A stretch of 35,993 nt of DNA from a virus. A program made the position numbers and the translations under genes. The DNA lies in the UHGV virus genome UHGV-0194891. One strand, 5' to 3'. Below the pieces are notes generated by a model. That model was not told the origin of the DNA and did no database searches. It was given only the letters and a program-made list of their open reading frames with translations. Below are positions 17,834 to 27,094 of this stretch, in pieces; within the stretch, counting starts at the first letter, position 1; every line of letters starts with the position of its first letter.

Positions 17834-19151
17834 TCTCGATATCCTCGTCGGTAATGGATGCCCCGATGCCGGTGACGTCAGAGTTTTCGCGCAGGTCGGT
17901 CATCGCCGCCTTACGCGTCATCAATCCGTCGCCCAGCGCGGTACTGATCGCGTTGGTGGTGTTTACGGCCACCGTTGATCGGTCAACGTCTGACATTTGC
18001 CATAGCGGGTTAAACTCAAACGTGAAATCTTCCGGCAGCGGCTTTCCGAGTTCCGAGCGGTGCATAATGTCCAGTATCCGGCGCATCGGCAGCCGTAAGC
18101 GGCGCTCCTGCAATGAGCTCACCCGGTCGTAATAGTTGGCGAGGTCTGCATCACCAGTAGAGAAGCCTTTCGGGGATTGACCGAACAGGCGTACCAGCGG
18201 GATACCAACGGCACCGCTGATCTGCTCAGCAAACTGCGAAAGAATGTCATCCAGACCACTAAAGCTGTACTGGTGGGTTTCGAACTTATCCCGCGAGTCC
18301 ATGAGCGTCATACCTTCATTGCTCTGGAACTGGCGGATCAGGTCGATGTTCTTCAGCAACGCTTCGAACGCCGGGCCTCCAAGCGCGATAAGCTCGCGCA
18401 ACTTCTCCACGCTATAGGTACGCAGATGCGCTTTATAGACCAGCTGCGCCGCGCCGACAGTAGCGCTATCGAACGCAGTAAGCCGATCCCAGATACGCTC
18501 TACAACCGACATTCCCCATTCGTTTTCGGTCATCTTCTGCTGGAATGGCAGCGTGACGCCATCAAAGCGGATCAGGCGGCTGTGATGGATGCGCCAGGCC
18601 GGAATGCCCGTTGCGGTGGTCACCACGTCGTAAAACTCAGGCTTGCCGAGGTCCGGCCCCATCTCTTTAATGCGGCGTGTCAGCACCGGGTTAATCATCC
18701 AGCGGTCGAGCGGGAGAATGCCCTTAAACTTGCCCTCGCCAATGGTTTCGAGTCGCAGCGGGGTCATTGGTGCTTGCCCCTCGATCATGATGAAGCCGAC
18801 CGCGCCGCCGTAGAGGCGCGACCATTTCAGCACGTCGTTCAGCGCATCCCAGATCTGCAACTCATCCAGTTGCGCTTCGAGGGTGCCACGGTCTTTGGCG
18901 TCAATCTCCGAAGTGATGCGAATGCCCTTTCGGGTCATATCGTCCGGGATAGCGTCGACCGCTTCACCGATAACCCACGAACCGCGATATGACCATTCCA
19001 CCAGCATGCGGTTGCGGCTGGTGGAGTTCGCCCGGTAGGTCGATGCTGAATGCTGGTTAGGCGTCTGCATCCCAACGCGGGCGACGAAGTTCTCGTAGCC
19101 GTCAGCGGTGGGCTGTGCCGTTCGCTGAGAGGATTGCTTGTTTCGTGCCAT
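17682..19151 (-). CDS. Portal protein
   Basis: 489-aa ORF immediately downstream of the large terminase gene, start abutting its stop. Confidence 0.7.
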   Translation of the reverse strand: MARNKQSSQRTAQPTADGYENFVARVGMQTPNQHSASTYRANSTSRNRMLVEWSYRGSWVIGEAVDAIPDDMTRKGIRITSEIDAKDRGTLEAQLDELQIWDALNDVLKWSRLYGGAVGFIMIEGQAPMTPLRLETIGEGKFKGILPLDRWMINPVLTRRIKEMGPDLGKPEFYDVVTTATGIPAWRIHHSRLIRFDGVTLPFQQKMTENEWGMSVVERIWDRLTAFDSATVGAAQLVYKAHLRTYSVEKLRELIALGGPAFEALLKNIDLIRQFQSNEGMTLMDSRDKFETHQYSFSGLDDILSQFAEQISGAVGIPLVRLFGQSPKGFSTGDADLANYYDRVSSLQERRLRLPMRRILDIMHRSELGKPLPEDFTFEFNPLWQMSDVDRSTVAVNTTNAISTALGDGLMTRKAAMTDLRENSDVTGIGASITDEDIENAEDEAPPGIGELGDKPPESPGGDPISNEPTADSAGGRGYRKWALRWFKR

Positions 19152-20779
19152 CAGGCCTGTCTCCCTAGCAGCTCCCAGATGTTCAGGGCTGAATTCATTG
19201 GCGCGTAGCTGATCATCACCGAGTCGGCGAGGTTCGGCGACTTGGTGCCATCAGGCTGTTTATCAACAACGATTTTCCCCACGCCATTAATGGAGTAGGT
19301 CGGCTGCGACAGCTCGATGATGAGTTTGTCTTTGCTCGCCATGGCGCTGCTGATTGAGATGATTTCGTCCGGGTTGTAGGCCATGCCCTCAACCACGGCG
19401 CGATAGGTGTTCTGGAAAAGCTTGCGTAAATGCCACCAGCTCTGGGCCTTGGCGTTAGCGAAGAAGTCCTTATTCAGGCGGGCGGCCTGTCCGTTGTCGC
19501 CGCGCACCGCTTCGTCGTCCGGATCAAACACCGCGCCGCTACCGCGAAACGGTGTGGCGAGTATTGACGGTCGGCGCGCAGCGTTACGCAGTTCGTTGAT
19601 GGCGCGTGCATCGCCGCGAACGCCAGCGCCCAGGCCGTCCTCGTCGAAGCGAAATTCTTCGAGGTTGTCCTGTTCGCAAAAGCCGAAGACCTTCTCAACG
19701 GACTGGTAAATGTCGCTGCCAACGCCGGACCATTCACGCACGTTCTCCAGAAGGAAGCCGTGACGGGTCGAAAAGGCGTTTTTGTCCCGGCCTTCGTCGG
19801 CGACGTCCATCGCGCCCAGTCGCTTGCCCGTTGGCTGAATACCAAGTTTGATATGCGCGTCGACGGCAGCCTGTACCCAGTCGGACGGGATCAGGACGCC
19901 TTCCGCAGATGCGCTGTAGTTCAGGTCAAGTTCCTGCGCCACCACCACCGGATTGTCGATTTTCTCGCACTCCCTGCGATACCACTCTTCATCCTTGCGA
20001 GGATCATCCCGCCAGTGGAACGTGAATACTGGTATTTTTCCGCCGTGGCGCTTCTGCGCGAACGGGTTCGCCATGCCATTAACCGAGCTCAGGTCAATAC
20101 GGCAACGGGTGGTTTGCGACAGCGCCGCATCAATCAACAGAGGACGCTGGAGGAATGCAGCTTCATCCACCAGGTAGAGCGTGGTACGGTCACCACGTCC
20201 GATATTGTCGCCAGCCTCGCCTTTGATAACCGCGCCAGTATCGGGAAACTCAACGCGCATATACGGCGCATGCTTCTTCTCGTCCCACGAACCACGAAAC
20301 TCGATGGGCAGCGTTTCCACGAACTTGCGCGCCTTCCAGAACAGCGCCTTCGGGTCTCCGGTGCTGTCGACGTATTCCTCTTTACGGGAGCCGAAGCCGA
20401 TGACCATTTCTTTGTTGAAGAGGCAGAGCGAACAGGCCAGCCCGATCGCCGTCCAGCTGAGCCCCATTTCGCGGCTCTTTTCGGTGATGCCGTTCTCCAG
20501 TCGTTCGCGCCGCTCCATGATCCAGTGAATCCACTCTTCCTGTTTCGGGAACAGCAGAAAAGGGATGGTGACCGGCAGGCCATAATCGATGTTACGCGGG
20601 TCAGTAGTCATCCCCCAGTCGATGATGAACTGTGCCGGGTTGGTGCGGTAAAACTGCTTTAGCGCTGGCAGCATTTCAGGGTTCTGGCGAATGCGCTGTA
20701 AGCGCTCCATCCGCCATTCAAAAACCATCTGGTAATCAGGGTTTCTGAAATCGAATTCAAACGGAAGAGGCATGATCAC
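19151..20779 (-). CDS. Terminase large subunit
   Basis: 542-aa ORF following the small-subunit gene and preceding the portal; acidic nuclease-type segments ([17 protein letters not shown]). Confidence 0.8.
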   Translation of the reverse strand: MIMPLPFEFDFRNPDYQMVFEWRMERLQRIRQNPEMLPALKQFYRTNPAQFIIDWGMTTDPRNIDYGLPVTIPFLLFPKQEEWIHWIMERRERLENGITEKSREMGLSWTAIGLACSLCLFNKEMVIGFGSRKEEYVDSTGDPKALFWKARKFVETLPIEFRGSWDEKKHAPYMRVEFPDTGAVIKGEAGDNIGRGDRTTLYLVDEAAFLQRPLLIDAALSQTTRCRIDLSSVNGMANPFAQKRHGGKIPVFTFHWRDDPRKDEEWYRRECEKIDNPVVVAQELDLNYSASAEGVLIPSDWVQAAVDAHIKLGIQPTGKRLGAMDVADEGRDKNAFSTRHGFLLENVREWSGVGSDIYQSVEKVFGFCEQDNLEEFRFDEDGLGAGVRGDARAINELRNAARRPSILATPFRGSGAVFDPDDEAVRGDNGQAARLNKDFFANAKAQSWWHLRKLFQNTYRAVVEGMAYNPDEIISISSAMASKDKLIIELSQPTYSINGVGKIVVDKQPDGTKSPNLADSVMISYAPMNSALNIWELLGRQA

Positions 20780-21249
20780 CCCATCATCTTGCGGTAAATC
20801 TCTGCGGCCTGATCTGCGGTGAGGTTGGTCGTCTCGGTCTTGATCGGGCCGCCATCCTTGCCAGTGCTCTCAACCTTCAGCTTATTGGTGTATGCATCGC
20901 CAACCTCTTTCGCGGCCTGCTCAATGAGCTGCGCCGTCAGGGAGAAGTTTTTCATCCCCTCGGTTTTGGTTGCCATACGGTCAAGCACGCGGAGGCGATA
21001 GGATTTGTTCGCGATCGGAATGTCGCTGGTTTCGGTCAGGAACCGTTTGCGCGTCGCGTGGAACATCTCGATCCACTTTTTGGCTAAACCTTTGCTACTA
21101 GCCTTGGTTGGGTCGTGTGCTTCGGCTTGCTGGCGAGAAATAGTTAACCCAAACTCTTTCTTGACGGATTCGACAACTTGAGAAGGAGTATCAAAGCACG
21201 CAAGCGATTGAATGATGAAGGCTTTTACTTCCGGTTTTAAAGCAGCCAT
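20776..21249 (-). CDS. Terminase small subunit (putative)
   Basis: 157-aa ORF whose stop overlaps the large-subunit start. Confidence 0.5.
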   Translation of the reverse strand: MAALKPEVKAFIIQSLACFDTPSQVVESVKKEFGLTISRQQAEAHDPTKASSKGLAKKWIEMFHATRKRFLTETSDIPIANKSYRLRVLDRMATKTEGMKNFSLTAQLIEQAAKEVGDAYTNKLKVESTGKDGGPIKTETTNLTADQAAEIYRKMMG

Positions 21250-21280
21250 ATTTCACCATCCGTCCATACCAGTCTAGAAT

Positions 21281-21937
21281 TCACGCCAGCTTTAACATGC
21301 ACGTCCCGCACGCTCTGGCAATATCGAGATGAGCAACCTCCGCTGGCTGATTCGCCGCATCAATCATTTCCTGCACGTCCCGGCTTGCACCGTAACGGCG
21401 AACCACGCCCACAAACTCTTCCACGTCATGGCCGCGCAGCTTCAGCTTTGGCTGCCCTTCCTGCGTGAACTTCGGCGCACCAAATTCATCTGTCGCTTGG
21501 CAGATGTGATAAAGCTCGTGCTCTATCAGCGCGCAGAATTCCAGATCGGAACATTGCGAGCAGTAATCGGCGGCCAGCGTGATGATGAACTGCGGCACCC
21601 TGCCGAACCATTCATACATCTGCTGCTCCATCCGCGCTTTCTGCCAGCCTCCGGCCCGCATTGCCACTTCTTCCGCCTGCCCCAGCACGGAACGCCCTTT
21701 CTTCTCGAAAGCGTTCGATGCCCAGAGAAAGCACAGATCCGCTTCAAGCAAATGCTGGTGGTCATGGTTGTAGAGGTCACCCTCATCGCTCAGGATGTGC
21801 TGATTCAGCCACTCGCCAACGTCATTAGCGGGCATAATGCTGATGTACGGCTTCGGGTCAGGTGGCATCGTAAAATGCGCTGGTGGGTGTGGTCTGTTCA
21901 TGAATAATTCCAGTGCTCCATTATCGAAGCCCCTCAA
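21281..21937 (-). CDS. HExxH-motif protein (putative metallopeptidase-like)
   Basis: 218-aa ORF containing LIEHELYHICQATDEFGAP (HExxH); sits between the lysis cassette and the terminase genes. Confidence 0.5.
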   Translation of the reverse strand: MRGFDNGALELFMNRPHPPAHFTMPPDPKPYISIMPANDVGEWLNQHILSDEGDLYNHDHQHLLEADLCFLWASNAFEKKGRSVLGQAEEVAMRAGGWQKARMEQQMYEWFGRVPQFIITLAADYCSQCSDLEFCALIEHELYHICQATDEFGAPKFTQEGQPKLKLRGHDVEEFVGVVRRYGASRDVQEMIDAANQPAEVAHLDIARACGTCMLKLA

Positions 21938-21961
21938 TGAAGGGCTTCTGTAATGCCGCGT

Positions 21962-22516
21962 TCAGCCAATAAGTAATTCCGGCTGCGTTACCTGCATGAT
22001 GTGCTCATGTTCGAGCTCCAGGACGCGCTTCTCTTTCTTCCGCTCGTTCATCAAACGGCTTCCGATCGTGCCTTTCAGCTTTGAGCGCGTTTCTTTGATG
22101 GCGTAGCGATGCTGCAATTCTTCACCCATCGCCATGCGCCGGTTTAGCTGCTCGGCCATCCAGTTGAAGGCATTGATGTAACACTCCTTCACTGCGGCAG
22201 CTGTTTTGCCAGTGAATCCCATCACTAGCATCATGCATCCGTCGCGGGTGATGTTATACATAGGCTGAACATCGCCATTTTTATCAATGAAATCAATGGG
22301 CGCAAAATTGCGCTGGGTGAAGTCATCGGAGCATTTCAGGTTACGTATGGCACGCAAAACGTCTTTGTGTCGCTTGCCAAAGTAATCCGCCACCTTGAGT
22401 GATGTGGTGATTATCTTGTTGTCGAGGGTCGTGACCATTTCGCGGAAGTCGAAGGCCGGAATAACTGACGGATTATTCATAGCGTCTTTACCTTTTAGAA
22501 AGTGAGCCTGTCTCAC
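21962..22516 (-). CDS. rha: Rha-family phage regulatory protein
   Basis: The N-terminal region (...TTSLKVADYFGKRHKDVLRAIRNL...) matches the Rha regulatory domain pattern; the start is probably MNNPSV (about 22480). Confidence 0.6.
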   Translation of the reverse strand: MRQAHFLKGKDAMNNPSVIPAFDFREMVTTLDNKIITTSLKVADYFGKRHKDVLRAIRNLKCSDDFTQRNFAPIDFIDKNGDVQPMYNITRDGCMMLVMGFTGKTAAAVKECYINAFNWMAEQLNRRMAMGEELQHRYAIKETRSKLKGTIGSRLMNERKKEKRVLELEHEHIMQVTQPELLIG

Positions 22517-22629
22517 AGAAAAGCCGCCCCGAGATGGTCGCCACCATATACGGCAGTTCTCAGGCTCAACTTTCTGAAAGGCTCGGGTGATGTAATATGC
22601 GCGTGAGATGCGCTGTGAAATTCAGATGT

Positions 22630-22653
22630 AAAAAAAACCCCGCATCGCGAGGC
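22630..22653 (-). terminator. Intrinsic terminator-like hairpin downstream of Rz/Rz1
   Basis: Minus-strand RNA gccucgcgaugcgggg followed by a run of eight U; 6-bp stem with one G-U pair. Confidence 0.4.
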
Positions 22654-22686
22654 TCATTAAATTGACTTTGTGATTTGCAAAAAAAA

Positions 22687-23154
22687 TTATTTCAGGCATT
22701 GCGTCCTGATGTATTCCTGCAGGTAGTTAACCTGCGCGGTTATCTTGTCGATTCCACTTCGTAGACGGTAATAATTGAGTTCAGCATCTGCTGTAAGTCT
22801 TGGGCTTTCTCCATCGCCCATGCTGCTGGCTCCGGTCGTTGACTTTGCACAGGTGGCGGCGACTTGCAGCCGCTTACGGCCAGCAATGACATCGCTATGC
22901 AGACGCTCAATGGTTTCTTTCGCATCAGCCAGTTCTCCGGTGTATTTGGCATCCAGTGCAGCGACATCACGCTGGCGGGTCTGCATGTCTTTAATGGTGG
23001 CGGTCGCCAGGAGGAGTTTCTCAGTGGCCTTATCGCGCTGGTCTCTGTAAGTGATGGCGTTGTCGCGGTAGTGGTTCACGAAGAAAGCCAGTGCGCCGAT
23101 TAACGCCAGCACCAGCAACTGCAGCCAGTAACGCTTAACCAGTGCGCTAATCAT
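22687..23154 (-). CDS. Rz: Rz-like i-spanin
   Basis: 155-aa ORF with an N-terminal transmembrane helix ([17 protein letters not shown]) and coiled-coil remainder, downstream of the lysozyme gene. Confidence 0.7.
   Translation of the reverse strand: MISALVKRYWLQLLVLALIGALAFFVNHYRDNAITYRDQRDKATEKLLLATATIKDMQTRQRDVAALDAKYTGELADAKETIERLHSDVIAGRKRLQVAATCAKSTTGASSMGDGESPRLTADAELNYYRLRSGIDKITAQVNYLQEYIRTQCLK
22740..22925 (-). CDS. Rz1: Rz1-like o-spanin, embedded in Rz in the +1 frame
   Basis: Embedded [36 protein letters not shown]... with lipobox LAVSGC and a Pro-rich body, wholly inside Rz. Confidence 0.6.
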   Translation of the reverse strand: MRKKPLSVCIAMSLLAVSGCKSPPPVQSQRPEPAAWAMEKAQDLQQMLNSIITVYEVESTR

Positions 23155-23600
23155 GACAGGAACAGAGCTCGCTCTGCCTTGCGGCGATTCGTGAGCCCCG
23201 GCATCACCTTTCCGCCTGATTTATTCCAGCGCAGAAATTCATCTGCCGCGCCTTTTATATCGCCAGCATTCAGCTTTTTCAGCAGTGTAGATGTGGAAAG
23301 AGCACGCGACCCAACGTTGTAAGCGAACGACACCAGTGCGTCGAACTGGCCTTGTGTCAGCTTCACCCTGACAACTTTCAGCACGTCATTCTCATAACCA
23401 ACAAGCCCTGTTTTCAGAAGCCTGTCAGCGGTTTGCTGGTCGATAGTCATACCGCGCTTTACTGGCTTTCCGTCAACCGGATGGGTCCAGCCATAGCCGA
23501 TGGTCCACGGCGCATCTCCCGTTCCGGGGTCGGGGTAAGCAGTCAGCCGACAACCTTCAAATTTTTTTATCAGAGCAATTCCGTCAGGACTGGTTTGCAT
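23151..23600 (-). CDS. Endolysin, T4 / P22 gp19-type lysozyme
   Basis: Start [39 protein letters not shown]... with the catalytic Glu/Asp/Thr context and a C-terminal ...[12 protein letters not shown] as in P22 lysozyme; ATG at 23598-23600 overlaps the holin 3' end. Confidence 0.8.
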   Translation of the reverse strand: MQTSPDGIALIKKFEGCRLTAYPDPGTGDAPWTIGYGWTHPVDGKPVKRGMTIDQQTADRLLKTGLVGYENDVLKVVRVKLTQGQFDALVSFAYNVGSRALSTSTLLKKLNAGDIKGAADEFLRWNKSGGKVMPGLTNRRKAERALFLS

Positions 23601-23916
23601 CGTCAACTCCCGCCTTTTTTGCTGCAAGTTTTTTAATAAGATTGCCGATCGAATCGGTGCCGATGTATCCAATAAAGACGCTGGCTATGTAGGCGAGGTT
23701 GCTGCTCAGGCCGATAAAGTCCAGAAGGTCACGAACGAACCAGGCAATCATCGCGCACATCAGCGCATCAATTAGCGTTTTTGTTACCGCGCCGCCGTTA
23801 TAGCGACCACGCAGATACGCCATGATAAAAGCCAGCATTGCACCAATACCCTGCTCCTTGGCGGCAAGTAGCGCAGCGATGAAATCTTGTTTGTATGGCA
23901 TTTTCATAGGCCTCAC
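23584..23916 (-). CDS. S: Class I holin, lambda S-like, with dual-start motif
   Basis: [42 protein letters not shown]... is near-collinear with lambda S; the N-terminus carries three closely spaced Met codons. Confidence 0.85.
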   Translation of the reverse strand: MRPMKMPYKQDFIAALLAAKEQGIGAMLAFIMAYLRGRYNGGAVTKTLIDALMCAMIAWFVRDLLDFIGLSSNLAYIASVFIGYIGTDSIGNLIKKLAAKKAGVDDANQS

Positions 23917-24156
23917 CTCCGATTTTTCGGATGGCGCTGTGTGTGTGTGTTTGAAAAGGGTCAGGCTTCACGGGATGGATTTATCAACAAAGCACGTAGC
24001 GGATGATTCCCGTGAGCCTGAAATGAAAAAGGCCGCCAAGCGGCAGCCAACAGTCGATTCAATACCGGGATATTTATCCACGCCCGGCGCGTGGTTTCCC
24101 TGCTTTCCACAGATAAAGGAAATTGCTAAATTGGTCATTCCACAGACAATTAGGGA

Positions 24157-24573
24157 ATGACCATGGATGTAGGATTACTTATCGCGTCCCTTAAAAACGG
24201 GATCGGCGCGCTTTCTGCTGTGCAAAGTAACGAGGTCCTGCGCGAGCGCATCGCTTTCATTGGAGAGCAGATCGACGTACTTCAAAAAGCCCATGCTGCC
24301 ACCATAGCAGAACTTGCCGAGGCGAAAGCCAAGAACGTAGAACTTGAGAAGGAAATAGCGGCTTATCGGGCAAAGGATGAGTTTGTCGAGCACATGGGTG
24401 CGGCCTTTAGAAAAAATCCCGCGGGTGGGTATATCAGCGCGGTTTATTGCCCCAACTGTCTTAAACAGGTCGGTAGCGGGTTCGATGACTTTCCTTACCA
24501 TTGCGGCTACTGCGGCTTGACTTCAAGATTTGAAGGAAGGGAGATTGATAGCGTAATGAAAACCCTCCCTTAA
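24157..24573 (+). CDS. Hypothetical coiled-coil / zinc-ribbon protein, antisense to the late operon
   Basis: 138-aa ORF (start possibly ATG 24163, which has AGGGA six nt upstream); coiled-coil segment and C-terminal CPNC...(x17)...CGYC pair; followed by hairpins at 24580-24599 and 24621-24644. Confidence 0.5.
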   Translation: MTMDVGLLIASLKNGIGALSAVQSNEVLRERIAFIGEQIDVLQKAHAATIAELAEAKAKNVELEKEIAAYRAKDEFVEHMGAAFRKNPAGGYISAVYCPNCLKQVGSGFDDFPYHCGYCGLTSRFEGREIDSVMKTLP

Positions 24574-24610
24574 TGTTAAGGCGAGGGTAGCGCCTCGCCG
24601 TTACCTCCAG

Positions 24611-24647
24611 AAACGCAAAAGCCCCACGGTGTTATCCGCGGGGCTTT
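24611..24647 (-). terminator. tR'-like intrinsic terminator of the PR' transcript
   Basis: Minus strand gccccgcggauaacaccguggggc followed by UUUUGCGUUU; lies about 25-60 nt downstream of the predicted PR' start. Confidence 0.6.
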
Positions 24648-24670
24648 AAACGAAGGCATTAACCCATCGT

Positions 24671-24706
24671 TGGGTCAAATTTACCCAACTTTATTCAAAA
24701 AGTCAA
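24671..24706 (-). promoter_or_regulatory. Late promoter PR' with qut-like region (lambda-type)
   Basis: Minus strand TTGACT (24706-24701), 17 nt, TAAATT (24683-24678), then TTGACCCAACGATGGGTTAAT, which I recall as near-identical to lambda PR'/qut; immediately downstream of Q. Confidence 0.6.
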
Positions 24707-24748
24707 TATCATGCCGTTAATATGTTGCCATCCGTGGCAATCATGCTG

Positions 24749-25372
24749 CTAACGTGTGACCGCATTCAAAATGTTGTCTGCGATTGACTCTTCCTTGTGG
24801 CATTGCACCACCAGAGCGTCATACAGCGGCTTAACAGTGCGTGACCAGGTTGGTTGGGTAAGGTTGGGTATTAGCATCGTCACAGCGCGATATGCGGCGC
24901 TTGCTGGCATTCTTGAATAGCCGACACCTTTGCATCTTCCGCATTCTTTCTCAACAACTCTCCCCCACAGCTCTGTTTTTGATATATCAACCGCACGGCC
25001 TGTACCGTGGCAATCTCTGCACCTTGCTCCCGGCGTCGCGGCACTACGGCAATAATCCGCATAAGCGAATGTTGCGAGCACTTGCAGTACCTTTGCCTTA
25101 GTATTTCCTTCAAGCTTTGCAACGCCACGGTATTTCCCCGATACCTTGTGTGCAAATTGCATCAGATAGTTGATGGCTTTTTGTTTGTCATTCTGGCTGA
25201 GTTCGTGCTTACCACAGAACGCAGCCATTCCAAATCCGGCTTGTGATTGCGCCATCCCCATAGCAGCCATCACATCAGTACCGGAAAGAGAGTCAGAAGC
25301 CGTAGCCCGTGGTGAGTCGCTCATCATCGGGCTTTTTGGCGAATGAAATTTAGCTACGCTTTCGAGTCTCAT
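24749..25372 (-). CDS. Q: Late antiterminator Q (lambda Q type)
   Basis: 207-aa product MRLESVAKFHSPKSPMMSDSPRATASDSL...CRDCHGTGRAVDISKTELWGRVVEKECGRCKGVGYSRMPASAAYRAV... matches lambda Q as I recall it essentially end to end. Confidence 0.9.
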   Translation of the reverse strand: MRLESVAKFHSPKSPMMSDSPRATASDSLSGTDVMAAMGMAQSQAGFGMAAFCGKHELSQNDKQKAINYLMQFAHKVSGKYRGVAKLEGNTKAKVLQVLATFAYADYCRSAATPGARCRDCHGTGRAVDISKTELWGRVVEKECGRCKGVGYSRMPASAAYRAVTMLIPNLTQPTWSRTVKPLYDALVVQCHKEESIADNILNAVTR

Positions 25373-25557
25373 GGTCTACCCCTCTTGCCCTGTTTGACCA
25401 TCAGGACGCCGTTAACTATTACGTGACGCTCGCCTTTTCTGTCTCGGTTGTACTTGAGCACTGTTCCTCTTGCGCAGGAAAGCATCCTCGCCACTTCGGT
25501 CTGATTGCCTCGTGTCTGGATAAGAAGCTCTGGTATCGTTTGAATTGTGGCGTTCAT
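25369..25557 (-). CDS. ninH: NinH-like protein
   Basis: 62-aa ORF with ...GNQTEVARMLSCARGTVLKYNRDRKGERHVIVNGVLMV, resembling lambda NinH; overlaps the Q start. Confidence 0.65.
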   Translation of the reverse strand: MNATIQTIPELLIQTRGNQTEVARMLSCARGTVLKYNRDRKGERHVIVNGVLMVKQGKRGRP

Positions 25558-25916
25558 GCGTTCTCCAGTTCGGTGATTTTTATTCCAAGCCTTCCACCTG
25601 GTACTTTCACACCACGAATTACGCGAATGTCATCGAATTGCTCGTCGTCTTCCGCAAATCCGGCATGGATAAGTGAGTCGAGTAAACCTTTCAGGATGTT
25701 ATCGAGGTCGCGGCGGCGGGAGTCTGGAGCGTCTGCGATGACTTTGATGCGGAGTCGTGATTTAGTGAAAATGTCTAACTTAAGTTGGCGGATGATTTTC
25801 TGAACGTCTTTTCGGTATTTCTGGCCTTTATCGCTGATGTAGTATTGGCTTCCCCGTCTTCTCCAGTAGGTATTCAGCGACGGCGGGTATGGAAGCACAA
25901 ACTGATATTCGTTCAT
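25554..25916 (-). CDS. rusA: RusA-family Holliday junction resolvase
   Basis: 120 aa; PYPPSLNTYWRRRG...DAPDSRRRDLDNILKGLLDSL...VIRGVKVPGGRLGIKITELE matches the RusA catalytic pattern. Confidence 0.85.
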   Translation of the reverse strand: MNEYQFVLPYPPSLNTYWRRRGSQYYISDKGQKYRKDVQKIIRQLKLDIFTKSRLRIKVIADAPDSRRRDLDNILKGLLDSLIHAGFAEDDEQFDDIRVIRGVKVPGGRLGIKITELENA

Positions 25917-26203
25917 GGTTTAATCTTCCCCTCCTTCAGCAGTATCGCCTGCGTCCTGATCACGCCTTCGAGGTGGTAAAGTCTGGCGTCTTTGTTGTCG
26001 AGGTTATGGGTGCGTCGGTCGATCTCCGCGTGGCAGTCGCTACAAGCCCATGCGCCGATCAGGTCGTCAGGTTTCATTCCCGTTCCGCAAATTCCAGCCA
26101 TCCGGTAATGTGCCAGAACTGTAGTTTCAGGATTGCCATTGCATACGCCGTAAATACGTACCTGACATTCTCTGCCGCGTGCTTCTTTGCGTAGATTGGC
26201 CAT
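25913..26203 (-). CDS. ybcO: YbcO-like (DUF1364) protein
   Basis: 96 aa; MANLRKEARGRECQVRIYGVCNGNPETTVLAHYR...CSDCHAEIDRRTH resembles DLP12 YbcO (Cys/His nuclease-like). Confidence 0.7.
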   Translation of the reverse strand: MANLRKEARGRECQVRIYGVCNGNPETTVLAHYRMAGICGTGMKPDDLIGAWACSDCHAEIDRRTHNLDNKDARLYHLEGVIRTQAILLKEGKIKP

Positions 26204-26925
26204 TAAGCAGCCTCCCCTGTTACTTTCAGCATTCCGTTATCGAGCAGCTTTCTGGTCAGCCACTGTTGACCACGCCCGGTGATTTTTGTGGTGAACGATA
26301 TCTGTATTCCGTGATTTGTGTTGACCGCTGTTTCTTTCACTGTGAAATAGCCGCGCTCCATATATTCCTGCATTGGCACATTGCGCCGGGAACCTGAAGC
26401 AATAAGGATTTTGTGATCGCGCATCCACGCAAACAGTTTGTTTGGACCAATTCCAACAACCTTTGCAAAGTTTCCAATCAAAATTCCGCTGGCCTCGCCA
26501 ACGCGATCGGCAAACTCAACTTTAGGTGCGGCAATTGCGAGCTGGTTTTCCAGTTGCATTTTCTGCTCAGCAAGATCAGCAGCAAGGCGCAACGCTTCTG
26601 GTAGCGTTTTGGGGATATTAACCGCAGTTTCTTCAAGCTCTCGCCAGCGGTCAACAAGGCGAGCGGTGAACTCTGGCGACAACTGGGCAACAACAACAAT
26701 ACTATCTCGCTTACCTTGTTCGCCTTCGAAGACGTAATGCTCGTACTGAACATTGAACCCTAAGTTATTGATTCTTTCGGAAACCTCAATTTGAGGAAGC
26801 CGGATAACACCATTTTTAGCCAGCGTTTCGATGGTACGTTTCACATTGTCATGACGCTTACCCACCAACTCAGCGATTTCAATGCTTGTCATTTTGATGG
26901 CATTGCCATTTATTAACTCATTCAT
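26203..26925 (-). CDS. Antirepressor (Rha / KilAC-type)
   Basis: 240 aa; N-terminal ...MTSIEIAELVGKRHDNVKRTIETL and C-terminal ...FADRVGEASGILIGNFAKVVGIGPNKLFAWMRD resemble Ant / KilA-C domains. Confidence 0.65.
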   Translation of the reverse strand: MNELINGNAIKMTSIEIAELVGKRHDNVKRTIETLAKNGVIRLPQIEVSERINNLGFNVQYEHYVFEGEQGKRDSIVVVAQLSPEFTARLVDRWRELEETAVNIPKTLPEALRLAADLAEQKMQLENQLAIAAPKVEFADRVGEASGILIGNFAKVVGIGPNKLFAWMRDHKILIASGSRRNVPMQEYMERGYFTVKETAVNTNHGIQISFTTKITGRGQQWLTRKLLDNGMLKVTGEAA

Positions 26926-27094
26926 CGTCTTCTTCCTCGTACATTGAGCTATTCGGATCGCTCATCAGTTCTGCGCAGCAGTGCTCACACACGTGAACTT
27001 CCAGCACATGCAGCTTCTGACCGCAGTTAGCGCACGTTAAAGCCCGCTCGACGCTTTCTTTCTGGTATTGAAGGGATTGGGATGGGCTAAGCAT
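26918..27094 (-). CDS. ninF: NinF-like protein (small ORF missing from the supplied track)
   Basis: My translation of the minus strand gives MLSPSQSLQYQKESVERALTCANCGQKLHVLEVHVCEHCCAELMSDPNSSMYEEEDDE, near-identical to lambda NinF as recalled; start overlaps the upstream stop as TAATG. Confidence 0.7.
   Translation of the reverse strand: MLSPSQSLQYQKESVERALTCANCGQKLHVLEVHVCEHCCAELMSDPNSSMYEEEDDE

Noticed and set aside
17689-20662. Long plus-strand ORFs in the track (for example 17689-18132, 18177-18992, 19760-20662) antisense to portal and terminase
   Set aside because: They lie wholly inside well-supported minus-strand structural genes, have Arg/Ala/Pro-rich low-complexity composition typical of shadow ORFs in GC-rich coding DNA, and lack start-site context.
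23958-23970. (TG)6 dinucleotide microsatellite upstream of the holin
   Set aside because: Short, with no evidence of phase-variable function; it lies in an untranslated region and is probably incidental.
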